Below, piece after piece: positions 36,833 through 46,521 of a DNA stretch of 64,000 nucleotides (position 1 is its first letter; every line of letters starts with the position of its first letter). This DNA comes from a virus: positions 64,001-128,000 of IMG/VR virus record IMGVR_UViG_3300005573_001166. One strand, 5' to 3'. Position numbers and translations under genes: made by a program. Under the pieces are notes generated by a model. That model was not told the DNA's origin. It saw nothing but the letters and a program-made list of their open reading frames with translations, and made no database searches.

Positions 36833-37561
36833 ATGATATCTATCGTTTCTTCCACAGTTAGACCGTCACTATGGTTAGATTTTTACAAACATTTAGGCAC
36901 GAATAAAGTAGATTTTGAGGTGATTTTTGTAGGCCCCAATGAGCCGGATTTCCAATTACCTTCAAATATGTATTTTATAAAATCACCTGTAAAACCGGTT
37001 CAGTGTGTCGAGATAGGTACTAGAGCTGCAAATGGAGACTATCTACTGGTAACAGCAGACGATCTATTTTTCCAAGATCCTCATCCTCTAGATACCTTAT
37101 TAGAGGACTTCCTAAGCTATGAAAATGATAAATTGATGCTTTCTTGTAGGTACGCTAGGTACTCACCAACAGGGACGGGAGCTATTGAGAAACTGGGACC
37201 AGACTTTCACAAAAGTCCTGAAATAGATGGTAAGTATTATATACTCCCTATAGGGTTTATGATAAGAAGGGATTACTATAGATATCTGGGAGGTGTAGAT
37301 AGAAGGTTTATTGCTTTATATTGGGAGTTAGATTTATGTTATAGAGTAATAAAGGATGGAGGTATTACAGCCTTAAGTAGAGTTACTGCATTAGAAGTTG
37401 TAACGGTGAGCGTTCTATGCAGAGAGTATCAGGGTATAGATAGGGATCAAACACTTCACGGTTTATGGGGGGATGACTTTATAAGAAAATCTCCGGTAGA
37501 GCCTTTTGATGATTATAACATATTAACAGAGTCTCAAGGGCCGAAAGGAAGATGGGTTTAG
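36833..37561 (+). CDS. Glycosyltransferase GT2-like, copy B (recent duplicate of 34903..35631)
   Basis: Near-identical DNA, including the upstream ccgatatccta(t/c)aggagtttaaaa. Confidence 0.8.
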   Translation: MISIVSSTVRPSLWLDFYKHLGTNKVDFEVIFVGPNEPDFQLPSNMYFIKSPVKPVQCVEIGTRAANGDYLLVTADDLFFQDPHPLDTLLEDFLSYENDKLMLSCRYARYSPTGTGAIEKLGPDFHKSPEIDGKYYILPIGFMIRRDYYRYLGGVDRRFIALYWELDLCYRVIKDGGITALSRVTALEVVTVSVLCREYQGIDRDQTLHGLWGDDFIRKSPVEPFDDYNILTESQGPKGRWV

Positions 37562-37585
37562 ATTTAATAGTTAGGAGGTAATATA

Positions 37586-38698
37586 ATGCTAGTAAACATA
37601 GACAGAGACGGAGTTATAAATCATAATAATAGGTCTATCTCAGGAGGACCTTATTATGTACTCAGTCTCAAACAGTTTGAGTGGATACCTGGAAGTAAAG
37701 AAGCTATAGTAAGGCTGCAAAAAGCAGGTTTTACTATACACATAGTAACTAGTCAAAAATGTATAACTAAAAACTTAACTACTATTGAGGATATTGATAA
37801 AATACACGATTACATGATGCAAAGTATTATAGAAGAGGGGGGTAAAGACATAGATGTATCTGTGGTAGTCTCCGAGGATGTTGCTACTTCAAAAGCAGAA
37901 GCTATTATGGATCACCCGGAATACAAGGCAGGGGATATTTGTTGGATGATAGGAGATTCCAAGGAAGATATAATAGCAGGTAAGTTGGCAGGATGCCGGA
38001 CTATATTTATAGTCCCAGAGAACGTACCTGATTCTGAGAGGCATTTAAACCTTGCAGATTACTATGCAGACAGTTTGTTAGCTGCTACTTCTATAGTGTT
38101 AAAAGAAAGTACTCCTACTGAAAACATCGATATTCAAGACCTCATATGCAAGGCTTGTCTGGAACATATAGGGGTAATTAACCTTATACTAGATGGAGGT
38201 ACATCCGATATAGTGAAACTGTGCTGTTTAGCTGCATCTGTAATAAAAGCAGGAGGTAAGATAATACTGTTCGGTAATGGGGGGTCTGCAGCAGATGCAC
38301 AACATATAGCAGCAGAGTTTGTAAACGTATTAGAAAAACACAATAAAAGACCTGCGCTTAATGCAATTGCCCTTACTACCAACACCTCTATTATTACTTC
38401 TATAGCTAACGACTTTAGTTACAATGATATCTTTAGTAGGCAAATAGAGGCTATAGGCGTAAAAGGAGATTTAGCTATAGGTATAAGTACTAGCGGAACA
38501 TCTGAAAACGTGATTAGGGGGTTATTAAAAGCCAAGGAGATGGGTTTGTATACTACCATTTTAACAGGCGATAGTAAAACAGTAAGCACGGACTTAGCAG
38601 TATGTGTTTCTTCTAAAAATACTCCTAGAATACAAGAAGCGCATGTTTTAATAGGCCATATTCTTTGTTCTGTTATAGAAAAGATGGGGGTGTGTTGA
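37586..38698 (+). CDS. gmhA: GmhB (heptose bisphosphate phosphatase, HAD) - GmhA (sedoheptulose-7-P isomerase, SIS) fusion
   Basis: DRDGVIN, VTSQ, WMIGD..ED...G..AG (GmhB); GNGGSAADAQH.AAE, ANDF.Y..IFSRQ, ISTSG.SENV, TPRIQE.H..IGH (GmhA). Confidence 0.9.
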   Translation: MLVNIDRDGVINHNNRSISGGPYYVLSLKQFEWIPGSKEAIVRLQKAGFTIHIVTSQKCITKNLTTIEDIDKIHDYMMQSIIEEGGKDIDVSVVVSEDVATSKAEAIMDHPEYKAGDICWMIGDSKEDIIAGKLAGCRTIFIVPENVPDSERHLNLADYYADSLLAATSIVLKESTPTENIDIQDLICKACLEHIGVINLILDGGTSDIVKLCCLAASVIKAGGKIILFGNGGSAADAQHIAAEFVNVLEKHNKRPALNAIALTTNTSIITSIANDFSYNDIFSRQIEAIGVKGDLAIGISTSGTSENVIRGLLKAKEMGLYTTILTGDSKTVSTDLAVCVSSKNTPRIQEAHVLIGHILCSVIEKMGVC

Positions 38699-39639
38699 TG
38701 TTTAAAGATAAACGTATTTTGGTAACCGGTGGAAGGACTGGTTTTCTGGGTGTTAATTTTACAAGGGAATTGCTTAAGAGGGGGGCCTTTGTATACGCTA
38801 CTTCGCTTTCGTCAAAGAAAAATAGTTTACTAGAACCTTGTCCAAACTTAGTAGAGTATATATCTGACTTGAGATACGATAAAATACCTGAAGGTATAGA
38901 TTACATTATTCATTGTGCTGCTCATACTGCAGGTGCCAAAGAGATTGTAGGCAATCCTGCTATTCAAGTGACTCCCAACATTCAAATGAATGCCAACTTA
39001 CTTCATAATGCTGCAGAAAGCGGAGTAGAGAAATTTGTATTTATAAGCAGCACTGCCATCTACCCCGAGACAGATAAGCCTGTAGTAGAGAGCATGGGAT
39101 TTGAAAGAGATCCTGCTAACGTATATTTTGGAGTAGGTTGGATGAAGAGATGCACAGAAAAGTTAGCGGAGTTCTTTTACAGGCATTACGGCATGCAAGT
39201 TCTTATTATTAGACCTTCTAACGTCTACGGTCCTTACTGTAGTTTCGATTTAGATAGGTCGCATGTTATACCTGCATTAATTAAAAAGTTTATGGAGCAG
39301 AATTCTGTAACTGTTTGGGGATTACCTACTGTAGGAAGGGATTTCATATATGTAGATGACTTAGTTACAGGTACTTTACTTGCCTTAGAGGAGCTTTCAG
39401 GATTTGAGGTATACAACCTAGCTTCAGGCAAGATATGTACTATACAGGAACTGGTAGATTTACTTGTAAAACTAACAGGTTTTAAGGGACAGATAACATA
39501 CGATGACTCTAAACCTATGACTATTTTCAAGAGAGAAATAAATACAGATAAAGTATACCTTAGATTGGGCTTTAAAGCTGATACTCCCTTAGAAGAGGGA
39601 CTAAAACGTACTATAGCTTGGTACAAGGAGCAACTATGA
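38698..39639 (+). CDS. NAD(P)-dependent epimerase/reductase, GDP-fucose synthase-like (start revised to ATG 38698)
   Basis: TGATG overlap; VTGGRTGFLG, HCAA, RPSNVYGP...FD...SHVIPALI, RDFIYVDD. Confidence 0.85.
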   Translation: MFKDKRILVTGGRTGFLGVNFTRELLKRGAFVYATSLSSKKNSLLEPCPNLVEYISDLRYDKIPEGIDYIIHCAAHTAGAKEIVGNPAIQVTPNIQMNANLLHNAAESGVEKFVFISSTAIYPETDKPVVESMGFERDPANVYFGVGWMKRCTEKLAEFFYRHYGMQVLIIRPSNVYGPYCSFDLDRSHVIPALIKKFMEQNSVTVWGLPTVGRDFIYVDDLVTGTLLALEELSGFEVYNLASGKICTIQELVDLLVKLTGFKGQITYDDSKPMTIFKREINTDKVYLRLGFKADTPLEEGLKRTIAWYKEQL

Positions 39640-40148
39640 AGATACATAAAACGCCTTTAGCCAAGGTCCTTTTAATAGAGCCTCCTACCATTTTCGAAGA
39701 TTTCAGGGGTACTTATGTAGAATTATACAACGAGTTTCTTTATCAAGAATTGGGTGTAAAGTTTATACAAGATGATATCTCTACTTCATACAAAAACGTA
39801 CTTAGGGGGATACATGGAGATGCTACTACCTACAAATTAGTGTCCTGTTTATTGGGGAGCTTTTATTTGGTGGTCGTAAACAACGATCCAGAATCTCCTG
39901 AGTATAGAAAATGGACCTCTTTTACCCTTAGCGACCACAATCATTTACAGGTATTTATACCTCCTAAGTTCGGGAACGGTCATTTAGTTCTGACGGAAAA
40001 AGCTATCTTTCATTATAAGCAATCTACTTACTATGACAGAAGTTCCCAATTTACAATAGCTTGGAATGATCCTAGTTTAAATATTTATTGGCCTACAACT
40101 GCACCTATACTCTCTGTTAGAGATAGTTGCGTAAAGATGGAGACATAA
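39636..40148 (+). CDS. RmlC-like cupin NDP-4-keto-sugar 3,5-epimerase (start revised to ATG 39636)
   Basis: FEDFRG.Y.E, QDD.S.S..NVLRG.H, IPP.FGNGH, YK.S.YY, WNDP.L.I.WP. Confidence 0.88.
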   Translation: MKIHKTPLAKVLLIEPPTIFEDFRGTYVELYNEFLYQELGVKFIQDDISTSYKNVLRGIHGDATTYKLVSCLLGSFYLVVVNNDPESPEYRKWTSFTLSDHNHLQVFIPPKFGNGHLVLTEKAIFHYKQSTYYDRSSQFTIAWNDPSLNIYWPTTAPILSVRDSCVKMET

Positions 40149-40151
40149 AAA

Positions 40152-40376
40152 ATGCCGGAGCTTAATACAAACGGTTGGGGGGAGTGGGGGAAGCATGTAC
40201 TACTGGAACTTGATCGTTTGGATGGACAAACACAAGAGATTCTGAAAATGTATAGGGAGATACTAATAGAAGTAACTACTCTAAAGGTAAAAGTTACACT
40301 GTTTAGTGTGGTTGCTTCTATAGTAGTTACTTCTATTATATCTGCTTTAATAGGGTACTTCTTAAAAAGGGGATGA
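40152..40376 (+). CDS. Small membrane protein, XhlA/holin-like
   Basis: NGW.EW.KHVL.EL.RL coiled coil followed by one C-terminal TM helix and a basic tail. Confidence 0.55.
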   Translation: MPELNTNGWGEWGKHVLLELDRLDGQTQEILKMYREILIEVTTLKVKVTLFSVVASIVVTSIISALIGYFLKRG

Positions 40377-40381
40377 GTTAG

Positions 40382-41716
40382 GTGTTAAGAGAGTTGATAG
40401 AAAAGTTTATTGTGGGTAGCCTATACAGTACCTACCTATATAAACCTGGAAAGCTTGAAGATCTGAAAAAACTAACAGATAACTTAGTTAAAATAGAAAA
40501 GGAGAGAGAGGTACTATATACCAAACTAGTATTAGAGAGGGAGCAGCTACTCGCTTTATTTAACAGTATAAATGAGCCTTTGCATGTCTCTAATTTAGAA
40601 ACAAATGAAATACTTTTTGCCAATGATAGTTTTAAAAGTTTGATAGGTATTGATCCTATAGGTAAGAAATGTTATGAATTGATTTGCAACAACCCTTGTA
40701 ACAAGCAAGTAAGGAACGTGTTTTATAGCGAAAAATTTAACAAATGGTTTAAATGTGTAAATAAGGTTATAGACTGGCCACAAGAGTCGGATAGTATTAA
40801 AGCAATGTTTGAACTGCTTATAGATATAACAGATGCTCATACATTACAGTTACAACTGGCGGAAAGGGAAGCAAAATTCAAGTCGTTAGTATCATTATTA
40901 GGTGATTACGTGTGGCAGATAGATGAAAAGGGTTATTTTAACTATGTAAGTGGTAATTCAAACGACATTTGGGGATACTGTCCTGCAGAGATAACAGGTA
41001 GGCATATAGAAGACTTTTTGCAGGATACTCATAGAGATAGAAGCTTTTCAGAACTTTTAAAAACGTATGAGCCTATAAAAGAGTATAAAGGTATTGGAGC
41101 GCGTAAGGACGGCTCTGTTACAATAGTAGAAACTAGTGCCGTTCCTATTTACGATACTTCAGGTGTATTTAAAGGGTATTTGGGAGTAGATAAGGATATA
41201 ACAGAAAAAGAGCAACTGAAGAAGGCTATTGAGACACTGCACGATCTAGCATGGCGTATAAATAGAACGAACTCGCTTCATGAAGCTTTAACATATGCAG
41301 TAGATAGCGCTCAAGAGTTATTGAAAGCAGATATAGGAGAGTATTACCTTATAGACAAGGATACGGATACTTTAAACTTAATATATTGTAGGGGAGCTAC
41401 AGATGATGAAGTAACTAATACTCGTAGTTATAGTACAGGTAATATTAAACATTCTATTGTAAAACAAGGGAAGCTTGTATATATTGCAGATACAGACCAC
41501 GTTTTAGATACATACATGCGTACTTTAGTAATTGTTCCAATTAACAATGGGGATATAGTTGGTTGTTTCTGTTTGGGCTACAGAGAACCCCGAAACGTGC
41601 CTTCCTATCTACTACAGACTTTAGAGAGTTTAGGCAAGCTACTTAGTATAGTAATAAACCGACTCCATAAGGAGACCGATAGCGATTATAAATGTTTAGG
41701 AGGCAGTGAATGTTAG
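40382..41716 (+). CDS. PAS-PAS-GAF sensory protein without an output domain
   Basis: ILFAN..F...IGKKCYE...DIT (PAS1); W.ID..G.F.YVS....WGY...E..G...RKDG....VE.S..P..D..G...GY.G..KDITE (PAS2); then a GAF-like domain. No HisKA, HATPase or GGDEF motif. Confidence 0.8.
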   Translation: MLRELIEKFIVGSLYSTYLYKPGKLEDLKKLTDNLVKIEKEREVLYTKLVLEREQLLALFNSINEPLHVSNLETNEILFANDSFKSLIGIDPIGKKCYELICNNPCNKQVRNVFYSEKFNKWFKCVNKVIDWPQESDSIKAMFELLIDITDAHTLQLQLAEREAKFKSLVSLLGDYVWQIDEKGYFNYVSGNSNDIWGYCPAEITGRHIEDFLQDTHRDRSFSELLKTYEPIKEYKGIGARKDGSVTIVETSAVPIYDTSGVFKGYLGVDKDITEKEQLKKAIETLHDLAWRINRTNSLHEALTYAVDSAQELLKADIGEYYLIDKDTDTLNLIYCRGATDDEVTNTRSYSTGNIKHSIVKQGKLVYIADTDHVLDTYMRTLVIVPINNGDIVGCFCLGYREPRNVPSYLLQTLESLGKLLSIVINRLHKETDSDYKCLGGSEC

Positions 41717-42114
41717 AGATTAAAAAAAGTGATTCAATACAATCGTCAGTATATATAACAGGTCTTAACGTTAAGATTCCCACTGACGGCTCTTGGGCTC
41801 CCCTTACAGGATATACCAAAGAGCAAATAGCTTCTTTAGACTGTCTACGACAGGCTTATGAGAAGGAGCTGATAGAGATAAGGGCAGATGACTATTCAGG
41901 CATGCCCTCTTGGTTTTATGAAGCGTATAGAAGTCAAGTAAAGGTTCCTACTTACGTATTGGAATATGAAGAAGAAAAAGTTGTAGATTATCTTTCTAAC
42001 TTAAAGGAAAAAGCGAACATTATTGTTTGGTATCTTGTAAGAACAGAGTTATTAAAACTCGAACGTAAGGGATTAGCCAGAGAGAAGGTACTTTCTATTC
42101 TTATGGAGGAATAA
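41710..42114 (+). CDS. Small protein, distant N-x-T..DL family member
   Basis: VYITGLNVKIP...EQIASLDCLRQAYEKELIEI pattern; GGAGG RBS. Confidence 0.5.
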   Translation: MLEIKKSDSIQSSVYITGLNVKIPTDGSWAPLTGYTKEQIASLDCLRQAYEKELIEIRADDYSGMPSWFYEAYRSQVKVPTYVLEYEEEKVVDYLSNLKEKANIIVWYLVRTELLKLERKGLAREKVLSILMEE

Positions 42115-42117
42115 GTT

Positions 42118-43143
42118 GTGAGTGTTGCTTTTATGGGGCCTTGGATAGGTGAATTCGGATGGGAATTGTTAACATGGCAAGGTTTTTGTAGAGCTAAATC
42201 GGCATCATATGACAAAACATATGTATGCAGTTTTCCGGAAACAGAATACTTATATAAAGACTTTGCTACCTTTATTGCACATAACCATCCTAGAAGAGTG
42301 TTAGATTGGCAGGATATTAGTAAGGTAGAGTATACTATCCCTGAAGATGTAACAGATCATATTACGCCGTTTAAACGTTATAGAGTACCAGAACAGAAGT
42401 TTATAAAGTTTGGAAGCTCTCCTATACATGAATTTGATTATCTAATACATGCAAGAGGTACAAACAAGAACCCAAGTAAAAACTACCCTAAAGACTACTG
42501 GCAGGTTATAGTAAATGGACTGGAAGGCAAAGGAGCTTGTATAGGGACTACTTCTGATATGTTTATAGAAGGTACTACAGACTTAAGAGGTATTCCTTTA
42601 GAGCAGTTGACTAATTATATTGCAGGTAGTAAGGTTGTAATAGGTCCCAGTTCCGGTGTGATGCATTTAGCAACTCTGTGTGGTACTCCTATTATAGTTT
42701 GGGGGGATAAAGCTACGTACTTTGGGGAGACGTTGGAACAGAGATATAAAGTTACCTGGAATCCTTTTAATACTACTGTAGAGTTTCTATTTGACGATTT
42801 TTGGAAGCCAGAGCCTTTTCTTGTAGTTAAGAAAGTATACAACTTGCTAGGTACTCCTTCTATCTCAAAACCTAAAGCTGCTGTAGTTCCTTTAAAAGCT
42901 CCAGATGTAGAGGTAACTATTAAAGTAGGGGAAGGTACTGCTAAACTTTTACAAGATGCAATGTCATCTGGTAGGTGGTTTTTATCTGTAACATACGTCT
43001 CTCAAGATAAGACTTTACAGCAAGGATGGGAAACTCGTAACTTTCCCATCGGCGACTTAATTCCTAGTATTGAACATCTTAAGTTAGATATGGCAGAAAA
43101 ACAAATAAACCCAACTAAACTAAACCCTAAAGAGTGGAGGTAG
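42118..43143 (+). CDS. Glycosyltransferase GT9 (heptosyltransferase-like)
   Basis: KNYP..YW, DLRG..LEQL...I......IGPSSG.MHLA...GTP..V.WG. Confidence 0.78.
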   Translation: MSVAFMGPWIGEFGWELLTWQGFCRAKSASYDKTYVCSFPETEYLYKDFATFIAHNHPRRVLDWQDISKVEYTIPEDVTDHITPFKRYRVPEQKFIKFGSSPIHEFDYLIHARGTNKNPSKNYPKDYWQVIVNGLEGKGACIGTTSDMFIEGTTDLRGIPLEQLTNYIAGSKVVIGPSSGVMHLATLCGTPIIVWGDKATYFGETLEQRYKVTWNPFNTTVEFLFDDFWKPEPFLVVKKVYNLLGTPSISKPKAAVVPLKAPDVEVTIKVGEGTAKLLQDAMSSGRWFLSVTYVSQDKTLQQGWETRNFPIGDLIPSIEHLKLDMAEKQINPTKLNPKEWR

Positions 43144-43145
43144 GC

Positions 43146-45374
43146 ATGGCGAATTTGAAACTTGAAATTCATAACCACCAAGCTGCCGGTGATACTTTAT
43201 GTATGACTTGTGCTATAAGAGATTTGAAGAACTCCTTTCCTGACAGATACGATATTAAGCCTGTAACAAATTATATGCATATATGGGACAACAATCCTTA
43301 TATATCTGATTTTGACAGTGCCGATATCGTAATAAAAGTAGGTACAGGAATAGGCGTAAACAGATCACAGTCAACTCATTTACATATGTGTGAGGCTTAC
43401 AGACTTTCTATAGAGGACAAGCTAAACATATCTATAAAACAAGGCCCAATAAGGCCGGATGTACATCTTAGTTCAGAAGAAATAGAGGAACCTCCTTTAG
43501 TAGAGGGACACTACTGGTTAATAGCTCCAGGTACTAGAAACCAGTTTACTAGTAAGATATGGCCTTATGATAGATGGCAACAAGTTGTAGAAGCCTTTCC
43601 TAACATCACCTTTGTTCAGATAGGGTTAAGGGAGCACCCTACTCCTCTACTTCAAGGAAAAAACGTTATAAACTTTACAGGTAAGACAGAAGATCCTAAT
43701 ACCGGTATCAGAGATTTGTTTAAGCTTTGCTATCACGCACAGGGAGGATTATCATTAGTTTCCTTTTTAATGCACTTGATGGCTGCCTTTCAAAAACCTT
43801 GTGTAGTTGTAGCAGGAGCTAGAGAGCCTGCCTCTTTTGAAGCATACAACTTCCACAGATACTTACATAACCAAGGATCTTTATACTGTCCCAAGTTTAC
43901 GGATATAACTAAATCATGTTGGAGAACTAGTGTCGAAGGATGTTCCAACAGAACATCTGATGGGTATCCTAAATGCTTAGATATGATTACTGTAGATGAT
44001 GTTGTAAAAGCTGTAGAAAGTTATTATATAGGAGGTAGGCTTGTATTAGGAGATACATATGTATATAGAGAGGAAGAGGAAAAACAAGAAGCGCCTATTT
44101 TTGTACAGGAACCTCTAGAGCCAACAGAAGAAGAGTTACGAAACGTTATGATGGGGGTAGTAGAACCTACAAAACCTGCTTTGGAAGTACCAGAACCGAC
44201 AGAGAATGAAATAAAGAGACTTATAAAAGAGGTAATACAAAAGACAAAAACACAAGGGCCTATAGAAGGCACAACAGAACTTGTAAAAGAGGTAATACAA
44301 ACACAAGAACCTGTAGAAGGCACAGCAGAGCCTACAAAAGAAGCGATACAAGGAACTGGAGAGAATGAGACATCTGTTACTAACGCTTCTACGCCAAAGT
44401 TACATAAAGAAGGCAAAATATTCAAGATGGTCTGTAACGCAAGTTCTTTGGGAGGAGGAGAGAAATCTGCTATTTGGATTATGAATAGGATGGTACAAGA
44501 GGGCTATAAAGTATTTCTAGTACCTACTTCAAATGTAAGCAGTACATTTACAACCCACATCCCTAATGTAGAAGTAACTAACCAACTTACAGCACCTTGC
44601 GATATTCTTATGTTTTATACAAACGACTCTGTATTCTCTTTCCATGAAGAAAAGTACCAGATTTTCGCTAAAGTACAAGCAGTTAAAAAGGTGATGGTGC
44701 TTAATTACAAAATAGGTAAAACGGTTGAAGTAAGTTGGTCTAAAAACTGGGATAGATATGTATTTTTAAATACTACTATGGAAAAGTCGTTCTTAGAAAA
44801 ACTGCCTACCGCAAAAACTACTGTGTTGCCTCCCCCTGTAGACCTATCACCTTTTCTAAGTATAGACCTGGGGTCTCTAAACAAAACGTTGCATATCGTA
44901 AGACATTCTAGCCAAGGGGATCGTAAATATCCTAAGTTTATAAACGAACTTATCCGTAAAATAAGAGAAAAGGATTCTAAATGCAAATTCAGTTTTATGC
45001 CTCCTCCTACTTTCCTAGATACTAGTATACCCAATATAAGCTGTTTTAGATACGATGAAGTGCCGGTACCCGATTTCTTAAAAAGAGGAAACCTGTTCTG
45101 GTACCCACTACCCGAAAACTATACAGACCAAGGCCCTAGAGTAATTATAGAAGCTATGGCTATAGGCTTGCCCGTTATAGCCGATAATAGAGATGGAGCT
45201 AAGGATAGAGTAACTCCGGAAACAGGGTGGCTTTGTAATAATAAAGATGAGTACGTAGATATTATAACAAACATAAAGGGAAAGGAGTTGTCTAAAAAAG
45301 GAGAGGCAGCTAAAGAAAGAGCGGCAAAAGAATTTAACCCTGAGAAGTGGATCAATATGCTTTTGGAGTTATAA
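43146..45374 (+). CDS. Bifunctional glycosyltransferase GT9 + acidic repeat linker + GT4
   Basis: AGD.L..T.AIR.LK, KIWP..RW, F.MHL.AAF.KP.VV (GT9); GGGE.S, DQGPRVIIEAMAIGLPVI (GT4); start at ATG 43146 after GGAGGT. Confidence 0.82.
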   Translation: MANLKLEIHNHQAAGDTLCMTCAIRDLKNSFPDRYDIKPVTNYMHIWDNNPYISDFDSADIVIKVGTGIGVNRSQSTHLHMCEAYRLSIEDKLNISIKQGPIRPDVHLSSEEIEEPPLVEGHYWLIAPGTRNQFTSKIWPYDRWQQVVEAFPNITFVQIGLREHPTPLLQGKNVINFTGKTEDPNTGIRDLFKLCYHAQGGLSLVSFLMHLMAAFQKPCVVVAGAREPASFEAYNFHRYLHNQGSLYCPKFTDITKSCWRTSVEGCSNRTSDGYPKCLDMITVDDVVKAVESYYIGGRLVLGDTYVYREEEEKQEAPIFVQEPLEPTEEELRNVMMGVVEPTKPALEVPEPTENEIKRLIKEVIQKTKTQGPIEGTTELVKEVIQTQEPVEGTAEPTKEAIQGTGENETSVTNASTPKLHKEGKIFKMVCNASSLGGGEKSAIWIMNRMVQEGYKVFLVPTSNVSSTFTTHIPNVEVTNQLTAPCDILMFYTNDSVFSFHEEKYQIFAKVQAVKKVMVLNYKIGKTVEVSWSKNWDRYVFLNTTMEKSFLEKLPTAKTTVLPPPVDLSPFLSIDLGSLNKTLHIVRHSSQGDRKYPKFINELIRKIREKDSKCKFSFMPPPTFLDTSIPNISCFRYDEVPVPDFLKRGNLFWYPLPENYTDQGPRVIIEAMAIGLPVIADNRDGAKDRVTPETGWLCNNKDEYVDIITNIKGKELSKKGEAAKERAAKEFNPEKWINMLLEL

Positions 45375-45394
45375 TTTAACATACCCAAAATCGC

Positions 45395-45483
45395 CTCTAA
45401 AACCCCCTATAAGCCTCTTTTATAAATTTTATATGTAATTACTACTAAAAAATTAAAAAGGCCTTTATAGGGGGGAATAGGCC
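45395..45483. repeat. Dispersed dyad element, copy 2 (complete)
   Basis: CCCCCTATAAG (45403), central palindrome GTAATTAC (45435-45442), AAGGCCTTTATAGGGGGGAATAGGCC (45458-45483). Confidence 0.85.
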
Positions 45484-45502
45484 TTTTTAAGGGAGGTTTA
45501 GA

Positions 45503-46510
45503 ATGATATTTAGATTAATTGGGAAGGCAGATAGATATAAAACAGATTTTGGGGGTCAAAAAGCATTAATAGACATACTTAACGGTATGCATAATGCGGG
45601 GTATCAGACAGAGTGGGTTTCTTATTTCGGCAACTTTATAACTAACGAATTGTTTAGGGCAAGTATTCCTAATACAAAGGTACTTACAACAGTGCAAGAG
45701 ATGTTACAGCCTTGTGATATTTTTATGTTGTTTGTAGGTTCTCAGGCTAAATCTTTTGGTAAGGAGGCTTGCAAGGTATTTAATGATATACCTAAAGGGG
45801 CTAAAAAAGTTATCAGCTTGAATACTGTTTTGGGGCAGGTTGCTGATTACACAACTGAGGAGGGTAGAGCTGCTGCATGGGCTAGAGAGTTTGATCTTTA
45901 TATATTTGAGAATACGGCTTACATGAAAAAGTTTCTTTCTGTAGTTCCTAATAGGAAAGCTATAGTACTACATCCTTGTGTAGATATATCTCCTTTTTTG
46001 AAAATCTCTCCTACCTTCCAAGAGCCAATACATGTAGTAAGGTTAGTGTCTAGACCTAAAACAAAAATCCCTAGAAACACTAACGATTTAATACTAAAGA
46101 TTAGAGAATACCAACCTAACTGTATTTTTAGCTTTATGGAGTACACTGACTATATAATGGATGCCCCTTATATATATAAATACCATAGAGACCAAATACC
46201 TCCTCCAGAATTTTTGGCCAGAGGTAATTGTTTCTGGCATCCGTTACCTCCAGGGGTGGGGGAACCAGGTCCCAGAGTTATTGTAGAGGCTATGGCAGCA
46301 GGGCTACCTGTAATTGCTAACGGAGGAGATGGTCCTAAAGACAGGGTAACGCCTGAAACAGGTTGGCATGTAAACTCCTTAGACGAGATACCTGAAATCT
46401 TTAAAGGGTTAACTGTTGCAGAGTTAGAGAGAAAAGGGAAAGCGGCTAGGGAACGGGCTATTAGCGAATTCGGAGTTACTCCTTGGGTAAATGCAATTAT
46501 TAATGAGTAG
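45503..46510 (+). CDS. Glycosyltransferase GT4; paralog of the C-terminal domain of 43146..45374
   Basis: FGGQK, EPGPRVIVEAMAAGLPVI, KDRVTPETGW shared with the upstream gene. Confidence 0.82.
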   Translation: MIFRLIGKADRYKTDFGGQKALIDILNGMHNAGYQTEWVSYFGNFITNELFRASIPNTKVLTTVQEMLQPCDIFMLFVGSQAKSFGKEACKVFNDIPKGAKKVISLNTVLGQVADYTTEEGRAAAWAREFDLYIFENTAYMKKFLSVVPNRKAIVLHPCVDISPFLKISPTFQEPIHVVRLVSRPKTKIPRNTNDLILKIREYQPNCIFSFMEYTDYIMDAPYIYKYHRDQIPPPEFLARGNCFWHPLPPGVGEPGPRVIVEAMAAGLPVIANGGDGPKDRVTPETGWHVNSLDEIPEIFKGLTVAELERKGKAARERAISEFGVTPWVNAIINE

Positions 46511-46521
46511 GAGAAAGGAAT

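Noticed and set aside
34877-37561. DGR or IS-bounded element explaining the GT2 duplication
   Set aside because: Substitutions are not A-specific, and there is no transposase, RT or terminal inverted repeat.
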